From Daphnia carinata (lineage: Eukaryota), in NCBI RefSeq assembly GCF_022539665.2, contig NC_081334.1:2170001-2234000 (forward strand): a DNA stretch of 64,000 nt, given 5' to 3'. Of the stretch, positions 22,373 to 36,323 are shown piece by piece; positions within the stretch are counted from its first letter, which is position 1, and every line of letters starts with the position of its first letter. The notes under the pieces are model-generated. The model saw nothing but the letters and a program-made list of their open reading frames with translations, made no database searches and was not told the origin of the DNA. A program made the position numbers and the translations under genes.

Positions 22373-23395
22373 AAGCCAAATTGGGTTCATATCCATTTCA
22401 ATTTTTTCGTTTGTGCTTCTAGTGAAAAATTCGTGAATTTTTGAATTCACGTTTTTTTTTTTTTTGTACTTTGTAGATTGTAACTTTCGTGGTTTTTTTT
22501 TTTTTTTTTTTTGTTCGAAAATAATTTTTAATTTTCCTTGTCCGTCTTTGGCGTCGGATCAAATTCTCAGTAGACGCCTCATAACCAAAATTCAATCCAT
22601 TTCTACTTAGACATAGTACTTGATCATTAACTTATTGGCGATTTAATCAAATGACAGTTTAAAAAAAAAAAGTGGCAACGTTCATAGAAACAAGACCGTT
22701 TATGTAACCATAATGATTTCACTAAGTGACACGTAAAAAGAAATTAAGAAATCAATATAAATCTTTAGATATATACCGCTAACGTAATCGACTCGTTGTT
22801 CATTTTTAACGGCACGGATGGCGCACGAAGTGAATCACAATCAGCAGTTCAGAAACTTCGACATTGTCAATGAAAAAAGCGCCCAAGACCCAAAAGCTCC
22901 ATTACGGGTTACAGCAGGACAAGGAAGCGAGCAGTGGGACAAATGTCACAAACAGATTTCGTTTAAATTGAACCGAAAAAAAAAGGGGGAAGCTGGACAC
23001 CTGCCGTCACGTCCAGCACTAAAAACTCAAAGTGATTAACTGGCGTCTAGTCGCTTAACAACATGTGGAATGGAACTATTGGATGCAACTATCACAGTCA
23101 CAGCGAAAGACGATTGCTTCCAAACGACTCACTTTAAAAGCAATTTGAAAGCCTGTCAGGATTGAAGGGAAGACAAAAACAAATGAAGCGGGAAGTGATG
23201 ACCTGAAAGCTCTTTTTGAAATAAGGGTAAGGAGCAGCAATGGGTAGGTTACCAAGGTCCAGCCAGATGTCGTAAACAGTAGAATTACGATTAATGTATT
23301 GAAACAGAAATGACGGATAAGGCCAAAAATGACAAGTGAACCCTATGAGCGACGTAACAAGTACGGGCAGTTAGATCAGGCCCAGTTTAGATCCT

Positions 23396-26300
23396 TCAAC
23401 ATTGGTAGAGGCTTGCGTTGGAAATGTTGGTTGAACGGAAACATCGGAGATCATTGGTAAGTCGATGGACGTTTTGCGTGAAAGACGGGAGATCCTAACA
23501 AACAATACAGCGACATGAATCAATCGTAATCGGCAAAACGAAAACATAAAGAGAAACGATAACTTACCGTATCGTTGGTAAAGGCATTTTTAAGTGCGAT
23601 TCTCTGATAGTCTTCAATCCCTTGGCAATTGAGGAGGTAAGTCGGAAGAAATTGTTGGAAGAAAACTTCGAAATCGGGAGAAGCCATGGCGTAAATGGCT
23701 AACCCTACTTCCTCTCTCAGAAGCTCGTGCGATCCATTTGTTAGTACATTCAGTAGAGTACTTATAAACTGACTGGCAATTCCATCACGGAAAACAGCCT
23801 TAAAAACAAAAATGAACGCTTGTTCCATTACGGTACTCGAATACAGAAAGATTAAATTTGAATTTACTTTATGGTACAGTTTCCATTTCGATTGAAGGCT
23901 TTCAAGAGCTTCAAGATTTTGCTTAAAAATTGTTATGTCTGGTAATAGAAAGGACTGTCCGAAAGAAGTCATAATAGCGATAAACTGCGGTTGGTTATCC
24001 ATTTGCTCTGCACGATCTAATTCTGGTGACCCGTAAGTAGTCAACACAGATCCTTGGGGAAACAAAAATTTATATTACAGGATTGATTGACATACCTTAA
24101 CGCAATAGGTTCATACCTTTGAAAAAAGAACGCCAATGATGACGCAGTATCAGGGTCAGCAAATGGTAAAACGTCTCTTTGATTTCAGATGAATTTATCT
24201 GAAAATGGAGAAGATCCAAACAACAGTCAAATAAAAGTGTATAAATGGAGCGGAAATCCATTATACCTGTGTGATACAAGGATGGATGTGGTCCAAACAC
24301 AAAGATAAGGTGTTGGGCAGAAAGCGTTTGAACGCGTTGCCGGGTTCTTGTACGACAATCTGCAAAATTCGCAGGAGCCTGAAAATTCACAAATAACAAT
24401 CAAAAGTCGCTCAAACATGATGCTATGGGAAACCTACTGTTCCACAGCTCGGATTCCATGCAAGTTATCTTGCTGCAAGATCACTTGGATATTCTGTTGC
24501 TGGAATATTTCCAGAAAGGTTTGAACTGCTTTTTCAGCGCGTGCTATTCCAACTTGGCTCAACAGGCTATCGAAAACGGCCACGTAAAATTGGAAAATGG
24601 TTTCCGTCACCTCTGTAGAAATGAGAAAAATGACAACTGAACTATTTCCTCTTAAAAAATAAAAGGGAAAATGTCGACACGTACCAGCATCGTGAATATA
24701 GTACGATAGCAGGATTAGAGTTGGCTCAATCCATGGACCTAGAGCCGAGTATAAAGCGGCTTTTGAAGCTGTAGTCTCATCCCGAGCTAGACCGGCCAAG
24801 TCGGCCAGCAAAGTAATCGTAGATATGACAATGGGTTTGCCTTGCGCTAGGAGAGCAGTTAATGGTTCTCTTCTCAATTCTTGCACGATTATCCGGGTAG
24901 CTTGGGTTACACGCTCTAGAGTCAACTGAAGACGTGATTGCCGTTCTTCCCAATGCTGTTCTTCAACGGTGCAGTTACGCCACGTTACGATGGCAGAACC
25001 CAAGACGCAGCGCATCAATTCCCGATGAATCTAGCGAATACAACATGATCGTGTTAAATAACTTGTTACACTAAAACGCCATAATAAAACGGCATACGGT
25101 AGGCTGAAGATAGTCGATATCGTAGACAGAATGATAGATTTCGTTCCAAGAAGGGCAATTCCATAAATTCGATGTGCGTATGACACTGACGATAGATGAG
25201 AGCAATTGCAATCCGGCCTGATACACTTTTTCACGGCCATTCTCTTTCAAATTTCCCGTACTGACTCCTCTATTAGACCAGGTTGGACTAAAAACATCGA
25301 CTGCAGATGCAACAAGCGCGGCGACTAGTGAATTTACAGGCTCTTTGGGACCATCTCCGTGGGCCCAGATCGATATCCAATGGCACCATGCCTGCAACGA
25401 TGACAAAACTTGTGCGTGTCTATAAACAACAAATAGTTTAGATGAAATTTCCAATGTCTCATGCTGCCAAGTTGTGTTACTCACACGAGCGACAACGTTG
25501 ACTTAAGCTCATCTCCAGGAAGGCCAACAAAATTTAAATTGATTGTCAATGATCCGTATGATGCCAAATCGACCAGTTTTCCAACAAGCGCTTTCCCCAT
25601 TTCGAAACTAATGGCAGAAGGAGGAATGTTTAATCTTCAGTTATCCTTGAATGACTAGTACATACTTACTGAGTGCAATAGTCGGGCCCAGTGTGCAATT
25701 CAGAAAGGCGCCCGATGAGTTGTATCAACATGGCAAGGTCATTGAGGAGCATCAGCATCTCTTTCAGCTGTTCTTTTGATTCCAGTCGGACTACATTGTT
25801 ACCCGTGGTAGACAGAGATGTCAATGACCGATAGGCCGATGTGCATCGCTGAAACGGTTCATTCAATAACGAAAGGGTTTGATTTCGGACTAATTCTCCG
25901 GCCGTAACAAAGATTTCAATGGACTGAAGTTGAATTTTTTGGCGTTCCGTTTCCATCTGCACGAAAATGAATCATATAGCAACGCAGTTAAGGCAAACGG
26001 AAACAAGAATATATACATTGCCATCTATTGCCTCGTCGTCTAGCTCCTCTAGTTGAGTGCCGTTGCTAGAAAAGAGTATCTTGCGGAGAACGTGTTCACT
26101 GAGCGTTACCAGGGATTCTTGATACCGTACAGCTAGCGAATCTCCATTTGAACTCGGTTGGCTTCCACTGGTATTTGACGATTGCTTCACATAACTAAGA
26201 AAAACTTGCCAGGTGTCAAGGCAAGATGCGTAACGGCCCCAGTCGGCTTGTTTGAATGTAAAAGTGAAGAACAACGAAAGAAACTGTGGGACGCTAAACT

Positions 26301-27866
26301 GTGGGAGGAGACGACCTTCCAATCGGCGTAGGTGATTCGACATCAACAAATGGACAAGCTCCACAAGTTTCTCCATAAATCTACAGAGCATAATATAGGG
26401 AATGCAATGGGTGTTAGTTTACCATTTGCAGATGAGATTAAATGCTATCAGTGTTGAACTTACTGAGGACGTGGTTGCTGAGGTAAGTGACCATTAGTTA
26501 AATTGTTCACGAAATGGTGAAGAATAATACAGCAGTTGTTGAAAAGAAGAACAACGAAGTTTTCAAATTCAGCCGGGACACAATTCTTGTACAAAATTTC
26601 GTTTATCGTTCCCAACGCAACAACCGGGACACTAAGTTCTGACCAAGAAGGAGAGAGAATAAAAATATTTAATTAATAAATATGAGACAAAACGGATGGA
26701 TTTTAGCGGAATGGGCACTATACCGTTGCATGTACTCATGACAGGTAGAGTCTGCTCAGTGCCCATGCCTACAAAGCGAAAAATTAGCTCCATCAATTGA
26801 GGAGTTACATGGCTAGACAGAGGAATCCAGGTAAAAAGATGAGTCAGACACTGAAGGGCAAGCCGAGCAACGGGTTCCATTTCACTGTTTAAAGAATGCG
26901 AACTATTTTTTCCTGAAGATAAATGCTGACGCGGAGATGAGATTTCAGAAGGTAGTGAATTAGTAGGCGATGGAGGTGGCGTACTTGTTATGGAATGGGA
27001 TCGCTTTTCCCAAATAGCTTGAAGTAATCCTGAAAAATAAAAAAATATGTTGAAAATTTTTTATAATGAGGACCTAAAAAATGTGAATACCAGTTAGAAT
27101 TGCCAGTGTATTGGGAATAAGTTGTAAAAGTCTTTGCTTTAACTCAGCTTTCCTGCTGTAGAGCAGGCCATCCCTAGGAGTACCAAGCTCCTCTGAGGCC
27201 GTTTGAAGAAAAAGAAGGCCAAGAATTGTTGATGAAGTGTTGGGAGATGAAACTAGCATAAGGACATCAGTAAAAAAATCTGGATATTTTTGAGGCCAAT
27301 CAGATCGTGCAATGTGAACCACCAACTGCACAGCCTAGAAAATAAGAAAATTATACTCAGGTGGCATTAAATAATAATTCTGGAAATGAACCTTGTTCCG
27401 AATAAAATATGGGGAAAACTGATGCTTTTCCAATAACCAGTGACATAAAGTTGTGCGTAATTCAATTTGCTCTTCACTAGATAATCCATTCCATCCTTTT
27501 GTTATGAAGCCCTTTGGAAATTAAGCAAAAAAAAATTGTTGCCATTCATAAATGCAAACAGTGATTGAGATTTTAAAACAAGATTATTATTTGTACCTCC
27601 AAGACAGTCAAGGAGTACATGGCAGTTTGTGGGTTTGTAGTTTGGCTCAAAAAATATAGAGCATCTTTCCAAGCTCCCTTTTGACGGCTAAAACTGTCTA
27701 ATGCCTGATGAATTTTTTGAATTTGTTCCTTGTTTGCATTTCCAGAGAAGAGTTCATTGACATAAAGTTCCAACGCAGCTAGCGAAGATGTGCTCCCATC
27801 CTAAATAATTATAATTTCAAATGTCATCAATCGGAAATCAACTAGACAGGGATTTCGGTATACCAT
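23396..27866 (-). CDS. XPO6: Exportin-6 (importin-beta family), multi-exon
   Basis: ATG at 27864-27866 is followed directly by a GT donor. Exon 2 reads DGSTSSLAALELYVNELF. Further motifs: IARSDWPQKYPDFF, ALQCLTHLFTWIPLS, HAQVLSSLQAWCHW, FGQSFLLPDITIFKQNL. The C-terminus DLPSFTQNVHRLTNDLR matches XPO6. TGA at 23396-23398. Confidence 0.93.
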
Positions 27867-30800
27867 TGCAGTAATAATGACTTTTCATAAGTAAACAGCA
27901 TGTGTAGTATAACTACTAAAAATCACTTCATAATGCTTATAATTAATTAATTTCTAAAATTTGATACTCAAAACATATTTCAGAAGAAATGAATTTCAAT
28001 CCTACGATCATGTTACGGCTTACGAGATACTATCTAGAAAACCAATTCAACATTGCCATTTGGTATTTTGTTTATATTTTTCCAACGTTGCTTCCGTTGC
28101 TTCCTTAGAGTAAGTTCCTATTTCCCAGAGTAGGGGTATGGCAACTGTTTAGTGCTAATTATTATTCGCTCATCCGCATGTTATCAAGTTACGTAATTCT
28201 GTAAGCCAGCTGTATTATCAATCTCTAGTCTATTGCTGTTTTATACTTTTCCTATGTTATTTCTAAAGAGTTAAAGCTATTCGCAAAAACTATTTTCTAT
28301 CCCAATCTCGCCCAGCTATGCTGCCATCTAATGGCAGGCAATAAAAACGGTATCAGAGACTACATAGATCAGCGCCTATTTTCCAAAATAGAACTATTGA
28401 TACCGTGGCGCACCGGCGCCATCTAAATCAAACATATGGCGACTAGAATTTTTATAGGTTGCGCGGAGTGTTTCTGTTTAGGCTTCTCTCATTCTCTTTC
28501 TTCCTGTTGTAATCGATGTTTCTGCCATTCAAACCTTTCTTGCCACTGGATTCAATTTCAAGACAAATGGCAGTAAAAATTGCTATAGCGTTGGCAGTTA
28601 AGTTTAGCCATTTCAATAAATCATCTTCTGGAATTCGGTAAGTGCCATGCATTTAGAATCACTTGGATTTATCCCGTAATATTTTACTGCCATGGCACCA
28701 GCTGTGCCAGCAATGACTATTCACAAAATAGTTTGAGCTCATACAAGATGGCTGTTGGGATGACGCATAATGGATCAAACGCTGTTTTTTATAACTTGGT
28801 CTCATGCATAGTGACATAAGGATTTAACACTACTGACGACGTGTTATTTCTTTACATTATTTGGGTATTTGTTACTTTTTAAAGGTTGTGATTGGATATT
28901 GCCTAGCTGTGCAAAGGAAAAAAATTATTGGTAAATAAATGTAGATTTCCAACCAAAAGTAAGTGCATCAAATTGTCTCAGAATGCATGTCAAGGCCCAC
29001 TCATTCAAAAAGCGGTTGACCCTTTTCTTTGTTGGTAAAATGTTTGATTAGATTACTGCAAATTCTTTGACATACATAGCCCTAAAGTAGCTCACAGGTA
29101 TGACACCTAAAAACATTAGAGGTCAACAAGGTACAGGGCTTGTATGCTACACAGCTACCATGCTCCATCACAATTATTGGTGATATTTAAAAAATGACTT
29201 GTTTGACAACAAAAGAAACCAGTTACCCAAAACTGGAGTTCAGTTTTCAGTATAATTTGTGAATTTCATCAAATTCCAGAAAGTATATCCTTAAATCTGA
29301 ATTTAAAATTCTGGCCAGTTATCGGTGATTGGGAATCTACTTAACAGAGCCCAAATAGATCAGATATGTATACTTTCAGTTTTTGTTAATATGTTTTGTT
29401 TCAGAAACAGTTAAAGTTGGGTTGTGATCTAATTCATAGTCTCTAATGAAAAAATGTAGTTTGAACGTATTTAATTTGTTTGTTTAAATTTTTTTAGTTT
29501 CAGTAAAATGCAACATTGCTAAATGCCAGCAAATCAGGAGTTACTTTCCCGTCACTGGTACGATACAGCCTCCTAGTTCCAAGATGGCGGACAACGTTTT
29601 CAGAGCTGAAGAGTTCAGACACATCTTTAAGCGTGCGCCACGCTCTTGCTTATCAACATTTCACATTTCTTTGAACCGTGCTATGAACGTCAACGATGAG
29701 ATTCTATGGGAAGCAAAAAAAAAAATCGTTAATAATACCAGAAGTTGTAATTTTACTACTGCACACTTATGTTGCGAAAATTGGGTATCCCAATTTGAAC
29801 AGGAAGCTTTTGAACACTGGAAAGCTGAAATTATAAGAAGACACTGGCGAGTGTAACATCTCCGAAAAAGGTAAAAGATTGAAGTTAGTTCAATTCTTTA
29901 ATATGCTTCTTAGTTACACCAATTAAGATTGTTTTTGCAGCATGGTCTTTTCTTGTTTTAGGTAACACTGACACTTCAAGAAAATCAGTGTTTAAATTTT
30001 GTATTTTGAAATGGTTTTTCTATGTTGGTTACAGCAAGGCACACATTTCCTGCACAGAGTGGTATTACAGGCAAAGTGCCAAATTTTTTAATGGACTAAC
30101 TCCTATGCCCCATCCAACAATGAACTATCGCAATGTGAAGTCGAAAGTTATTGACATTGACACAATTTGGTTATTTCATCTTACCTCACTAAGTTAAACA
30201 GGTATTGATGCTGAAGTTTGATACAGTTATTTTTTATTTAAAGTTTTTTAAATGTTATGTTTAATAATTACTTTGTTTAAATGTTGGTTTTTAAAATGTG
30301 ATCAATAATTTGAGCAAGAAAATTTTCCATGTTTCAGGTTGTTTCCAGTTGGGTTAGAAATGCCATTTGTTGGCAGCATGGATGGAATGTGGTGTGCAGT
30401 CCTTTACACAAGGTATTACAGTTTGGTTCTACTCACTATCTATTTCCTTAGTTTTATTTGTTAGCATTTTTTTTCTTTTAAGTACTACAGAACAAAACCG
30501 TATTTTTGTTTGTTGAAGGACGAGCATAATAAATACCCAATAAAGACAATTGAAGATGGCCAGAAGATATGCACTGGTGTTAATTAGGCTGTCCATGGAT
30601 TTCCCTAAGGGTTTGCAATGTCAAATGTCGCAGTCGAAAACGAAGAAACATCTAATGATGATGGTTTGATATTTATTACATTTTAGATACTTCTTATTTA
30701 TACCAGGAGACGGTGCTGGGAAACAAGTGCAGTTCGATGTCCAGAGATGTTTCTGTGAAAATGTCCATACGCAAACAGTATTCGAAATTTTAGACCACCA

Positions 30801-32029
30801 TATATAATAATGAGCTGGCGCTGACGGAAGTCATCTCATTAGATGTGCTGCGGATGTGAATCACCACCAGATGCCGCGCATGGCTGTGGGTGCGAGTTAC
30901 GGCTAGGTGGCGGTACTGTTATTCTACGCTCGGACGTCAATGCATTCAAGTCTAGAAGTGTCTTGGGATGTCAGTGTGGTAACAAACCAGTTACAGCTAC
31001 TTGAACAATCGGGCGCTGTAAAATGGTGTCAAATACCGGAATGGTCTGTGTTAGGGTACAGATGAGCCACTAGATTTTAACACGTGCAGGTCCCCGGGTT
31101 TCTGCAGCCGTCATTACCCCTGGAATTCTCCATCAGCTAGTATACCTAGTGAAATTTTTAACATCGTTTTATTAATTGCGGCGCATGTGGGACTTTCGGT
31201 ATGTACCGTGATGACAATGACTAGAATTGAATTAACTCGTTAGATCATCATAGCATCTGTTTAAAAGAACATTTCTTTTCACTGGTTTAGGACTAAACAG
31301 TATCACAGCCAGTGGGCAATAAAGTGGCAAGACATTAAATTTTCGACACAGCAGTAGTTTAGTATATTCAACGGATATTTGATCTTACTCTGTGCATTGA
31401 TCATAACTTTCTTTTTCTTGGAAACTAGGTTTCAAATTTCAGCACTCAAGGGTAAGTCACTGCTAAAACATTAAATTAAGGAACAATTACGCAACTAATT
31501 GTTTTTCTGGGTTCTACTTCTTGCATTAATGTCAAAGTAGAAAAAAATTATTTTTCACATTTTATTCCAGATTACTGTTGGTCTTTGCTAGCTGATCATA
31601 AAATGTTATGTAGATACATAGCTTTGTTAGCCTGTGCGAAGAATTGATAGCAAATAATACTACTTTAGTTGTAGGTAAGTATGGGTGTAGGAACACAACT
31701 TATTGTTTGTATTTTACATTCTCGTCCGACTTTCAGACATTGGATGATATTCCTTTTAGTAAAATAACATTTATTTACTTTAGTGTTTAGTTCCAGGTTA
31801 CTGTTAATCTGCTAGCTGATTAACAAAGATATTTTGTTACTACAAAGCTTGGTTTCCTTGTTCCAAGAATCGCAAACAGAAAATGGTGAGGTTTTGGTGA
31901 AAGTGGCAATAAAACAATAAATGTATAAAATAAAGGTGAGTACTAATGAATGAGCTTGGACAGTCAACGATGGACGTGTAAAGTACGGTTTTCCAAAAAA
32001 AAAACTGCTATGATATCGCGGCAAACCTA

Positions 32030-32345
32030 CTTGCCCCGATGTCCAGTAGATGGGGGGAATTCAGTTGCCCCGATGTCCACTAGATGGCGGTCAAACTTAC
32101 TTCCCCGATGTCTACTACATGGCGCCAATTTGTTTGCCTCGATGTCCGCTAGATGGCGTGAGCTTGCCCCTATGCTTGCCCTTATGCCCGCTAGATGGCG
32201 TGAGCTTGCCCTTATGCCCGCTAGATGGCGAGCAAGGCTGCTTCTGCTTGCGCTGATGTCCAGTAGATGGCGTGCAACCACTTGAACTGGTGTTCAACAG
32301 GTGGCGTGCAAAACTACTTGATAATTATATAGATGGCGCTCAAAA
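32030..32345 (+). repeat. Degenerate ~30-42 bp tandem array, each unit carrying a CTCF-like core (CCRNTAGATGGCG)
   Basis: Cores start at 32043, 32077, 32112, 32146, 32188, 32218, 32260, 32295 and 32327, all in the same orientation. Linkers are related (cttgccc..gatg-like). Confidence 0.8.
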
Positions 32346-33722
32346 TCAACTTGCCCTGATAGCCACCACATTTTCTTGCAGGCCTTACTGAACGTCCGTT
32401 ACGTGGCGTTGCCTGCTACATTAGGCCCATCAGAAATTCTTGGCCTAAAATGAATTTTGCGGGTATATATTAACTGACAAGCAAAAGTTTTCCAGACTGA
32501 TCTTTGTTTCACTTTCTCGATATAAGTGAGATGAAGAAAGATAATGAATTGAAAAATGTTTTGCGTAAAAATTGGATGTTCAGAAAGTTCTAGGAGCTGT
32601 GGTATGTATAATTTCACTTCCACACATCTTGGTATTTTCATTTAACAATTGGAGTTAATGCTTGAACTTCTTGTGAACTAATTTCCTCTTGACTCGTGTA
32701 GTAAAACAGTGGCACTACTTCTGTAAGTAATTAATGTGGGAAAAATCACCTAAACTATAGTATACAACTTTCCGTCTTTATTGAGGTATTTCGGTGCAAT
32801 TAGTTGTTGAATATTGTGTTGATGAAACGTTGTGCTGACTGCTTGACAAGTTTTTAATTCCTTTAGGTGAGTTATATACTAATAGAACTTTCATAGTAAC
32901 TTCAATGAAATACTATTTTTTAGGTTATTGTTTTCTAGCTACATTTGTAAAGTAAAGCTTTATGCTGGTAATCAATCTATAATACCATCAAATGTATTAC
33001 ATTGCAGTGAAATGAAAGATGAACAATATGTTGTTTATATCAGGTAAAGTAGAGATCCTTGTGATCTTTTCCTTAACATAGCACTCCAATTGGGAATCCA
33101 AATTGGCTTTGAGTTAAAATGCAAATAATTTAAACCTGTAGGCCCTATATGTATGCCTATCGAATTGCCTTTGTGCTGTGAGATCCTTCTTTTGTGGTAT
33201 TTAGGTATGAGGGGGCTGATACTAACTTGACTGTTCAAGGTGTTTCTGAGCATCTCAGGTAAAGTCACGATCCTTGTGATCCTTGCTTTGACATAGCAAT
33301 TCAATCGAAATCGTCTATGGTCCGGGAAAATAGTGGGTGATTTTAACCAGTTAAGGTAGTTAAAAGAATTCACATGGGTACAGAATTATTTAAAAGCTTT
33401 ACAGTGGTATGAATAACTATTGGGAACTGTCAGGCATGAACATGAGTGGTTTTCAAAATCGAATTTTTTATCTTTTCATTTTGTTCTTGGTTTGCTATAC
33501 AAAGTTAAGATTTTGATTTTGATACGAAATCTGGCAGACGTGGATTGGTTAACATTGTTATGGTCGTATATTTCCTATTTAAATCATGTGGTTGTGTCAA
33601 TCTCTTGTTGGGAAAAGCAGAACAGCTGAGTGTCGGCCGAGTTGGTGTGAAATGGGGTGATTCCCGAGGCAAAATACTAGTAAATCAGCTTTCGGTAAGT
33701 AGATATGGCAATCCGTTTTACC

Positions 33723-33754
<32 letters not shown>

Positions 33755-34033
33755 GGCTTTTTATTTTCTTTTTTACAGCTATGGCCATCTATCGGCCAGA
33801 TTCCTATTAAATTTTCTAAATACAACTTTACGCATTCTAGCCATATAAATATATGATTTTTTAAATTAATAACTTTATTTTATTAAAATATAACATACAA
33901 TAATTATTTTCTTATATTCTACTTAACTTCATTATTATTACTATTAACTATTAACTTTGCATTTTGTGCTGCAACAATTATAATGAATGTAATTCTAATA
34001 GCAATGAGAATAATTGCTTGTTTTAGGTATAAA

Positions 34034-34122
34034 TAATATGTTTGAGTAACATAAAGTCATTATTGGTTGTTGCGCTGTGAAAATAATACACAATAACGAC
34101 TTTGTATTACTCAAACATATTA
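34034..34122. repeat. 89-bp fold-back (32-bp arms, outer 16 bp perfect), mini-MITE-like; mirrored copy at 45890-45978
   Basis: taatatgtttgagtaa...ttactcaaacatatta is a perfect inverted pair. It extends inward by 16 bp (cataaagtcattattg / caataacgactttgta) with three non-Watson-Crick positions. Confidence 0.75.
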
Positions 34123-34473
34123 ATTTTCTTAAGTTAAATTTTCATTTGGATAAGTACTTTAAATGTTTAAAAACATTTAATTTGTGACGGATAAAATTTC
34201 TCATAATGACTTTTGCGTCCACAAGAGGCGCCTTAAACCGTGGCTCATCGGACAGTTTTTTTTTTCAGGCATATTTTTATATTGGCTTGCGTGTAGTCTG
34301 CTGTCTACCTTTACTCGCTAGATAGACCGTCCTCGCTAGATTTTACTTCTTGACCTCTCTATATAATCTAATTTGTTTCATTCTGATCTACATTTTTTCT
34401 GTAGAGGGTCATAAGGTAAGTGTTTTATTGTATTCCTAGTGTGATTACTTCAAAATATGTTTTTGTGTAACAG

Positions 34474-36323
34474 TGTGAAGGACATTTTGCCAGAGTGTCC
34501 ACAAGCTGGTGGGGGCGGCGGTAGTGGTCCGTTGACGTCACAAACTAAGATGAAAATATCGAAACATGTGTTCGAACTTAACTTCTTGGTGCTTTTTATA
34601 GTATGGGGAAGGGGGAAATTTGTCGAAGGATTGTCCACAAGAGGGTTGTGGCGGTGGTGGAAGTCGTACCTGCCATGAGATAAACAAAAAACAAAAAAAA
34701 AACATCATTTTAGTGCTCATTTTTAACGAAGAAGAGGGCAATGTAGCAAGGGATTTTCCTCAAGGTGGAAGCATTAATAGCAGCAATTGTTACAATGTAA
34801 ACATCAATTATATCTTCACAAAAATATCTTATGTTCCAATGTTCATTGTTTTACTCCTAGTGTAATGAAGCTGACCACACCTCAAAAGGCTGCCCGAATC
34901 ACTTCAGTGAATTGACGAAAGATGGAAAGCCACATGAGCAATACATTCCAGAAGCCGTGACATGTGATGAAAAGGAACTGTTTAAGGGCATCGTCTGTGT
35001 GGGAACGCTTTAACAATTTTGATAAAGTCGTCCTCCATGTAAGCCATTTCTCGAAACTATATTTTTTAAAACTTATATAATGGGTTTGCTTTAGGCTACA
35101 GAAAAGATGTACCTCAATACAGAACATCATACGAAGAAGGCGGCCTGCGCCAACTACTACTTCAAAACATTAAGAATTCTGGCTACATAAAACCAACACC
35201 TGTTCAGAAAGCTCCGGTTGTAGTTATTGTTGCCAAAAGAGGTTTAATTGCTTGTGCTGTCAAGGGCTCCGGCAGAACGGCAATCCAATTAATTAACGCT
35301 GTGTAATTTTGAAACGTTGATGCCCTCGTACTGACTTGATTCGAATGGGTCGGTATGAACTGGGTAAGTTGAAGTAAAAGTAATTTTGAGTGGGCATGCC
35401 AGTGATTGCGACTACTAAAAGGTCCAATTGCATCTAAGATACTCAACAAACCCTTCGTGATATTCGTTGATTAAGTCATCTAAAATTTTACATTTTTTCA
35501 TGCAGGCGGCGTACTTGGTACCGGTTATGAACATATTGTTAGAACAAGGCGTTGCTGGTGCGTCTCATGCCATGGGGCAAAAACCAGAAGTTGTAATTGT
35601 CGCACCCACTCGTGAATTGGCCATTCAAATTCAGCGCGAGGCGTGAAAATTCTCCTACAGTTCGGTTTGAAAGTCTGTGGTTATATATGGAGGAACTCTC
35701 ACGAGCCATCAGCGGTCAAATCTTCAAGCTGGGCGTAATATTTTTGTCGCGACCGCGGGGCGATTCAAGGATTTTCTCGACTGTGAAGTATTTGACTTCT
35801 CGCGAGTCAGGTTTTAAATTTTGGACGAAGCTGATCGAGTGCTTGATATGGGTTTCGGTCTCAATGTTGAAAAAATTGTCAATCATCCAACGATGCATCC
35901 GAAAGTATGTCCTCGATGGCTTTTGATTATGAGATTTGACTGATGTAATACTATTTGTTTCTCTGTAGGGAATCCGTCGTGTTTGTATGTTTTCGGCTAC
36001 ATTCCCAGATGACGTACAAGCGCTGGCTGCGACGTACATGGAAGACAACATATTCGTCACAACAGGCATTGTCGGTGGCACCAATCCGGATGTTGAACAG
36101 CTGTTTTTTTCAGTGCTCGAAAAGAGATATGAGAGCTAAGCTGATCGAAGTTTTACAAGATCTCGGTGATGCCAAGACTATCTTTTTTGTCGACAGCAAA
36201 AAGACGGCGGATTTCGTCGCTGCCTTCTCGTGCAATAACAACTTACAAGTAAGAATCAAATCTATTGACATGCAAAGTGTCTTAACTTTAAATGTCTAGT
36301 CTGCCAGCATCTATGGTGAGCGT
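34474..36323 (+). pseudogene. vas: vasa-type DEAD-box helicase pseudogene, intron-containing, 3'-truncated (left copy)
   Basis: Eroded CCHC knuckles with Gly linkers (EGHFAR.CPQAGGGGGS; SKDCPQ..GGGGSRTCH; CNEADHTSKGCPN). Q motif GYIKPTPVQ; Walker A read as AVKGSGRT; IVAPTRELAIQI; YGG; LDEADRVLDMGF (DEAD 35824-35835); MFSATFP; IFFVDSKKTADF; ends at SIYGER. In-frame stops (TGA 35644, TAA 35815), frameshifts and damaged donors. Motifs V and VI are absent. Confidence 0.88.

Noticed and set aside
28400..31500. Exon-like fragments and ORFs 28452..28652 and 29584..29856
   Set aside because: Possibly decayed gene or transposon pieces, but no family recognisable and no consistent reading frame.
32030..32345. 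CRISPR-like appearance (conserved core with variable spacers)
   Set aside because: Eukaryotic context, no cas genes, only a ~13-bp core, and the spacers are related to one another.
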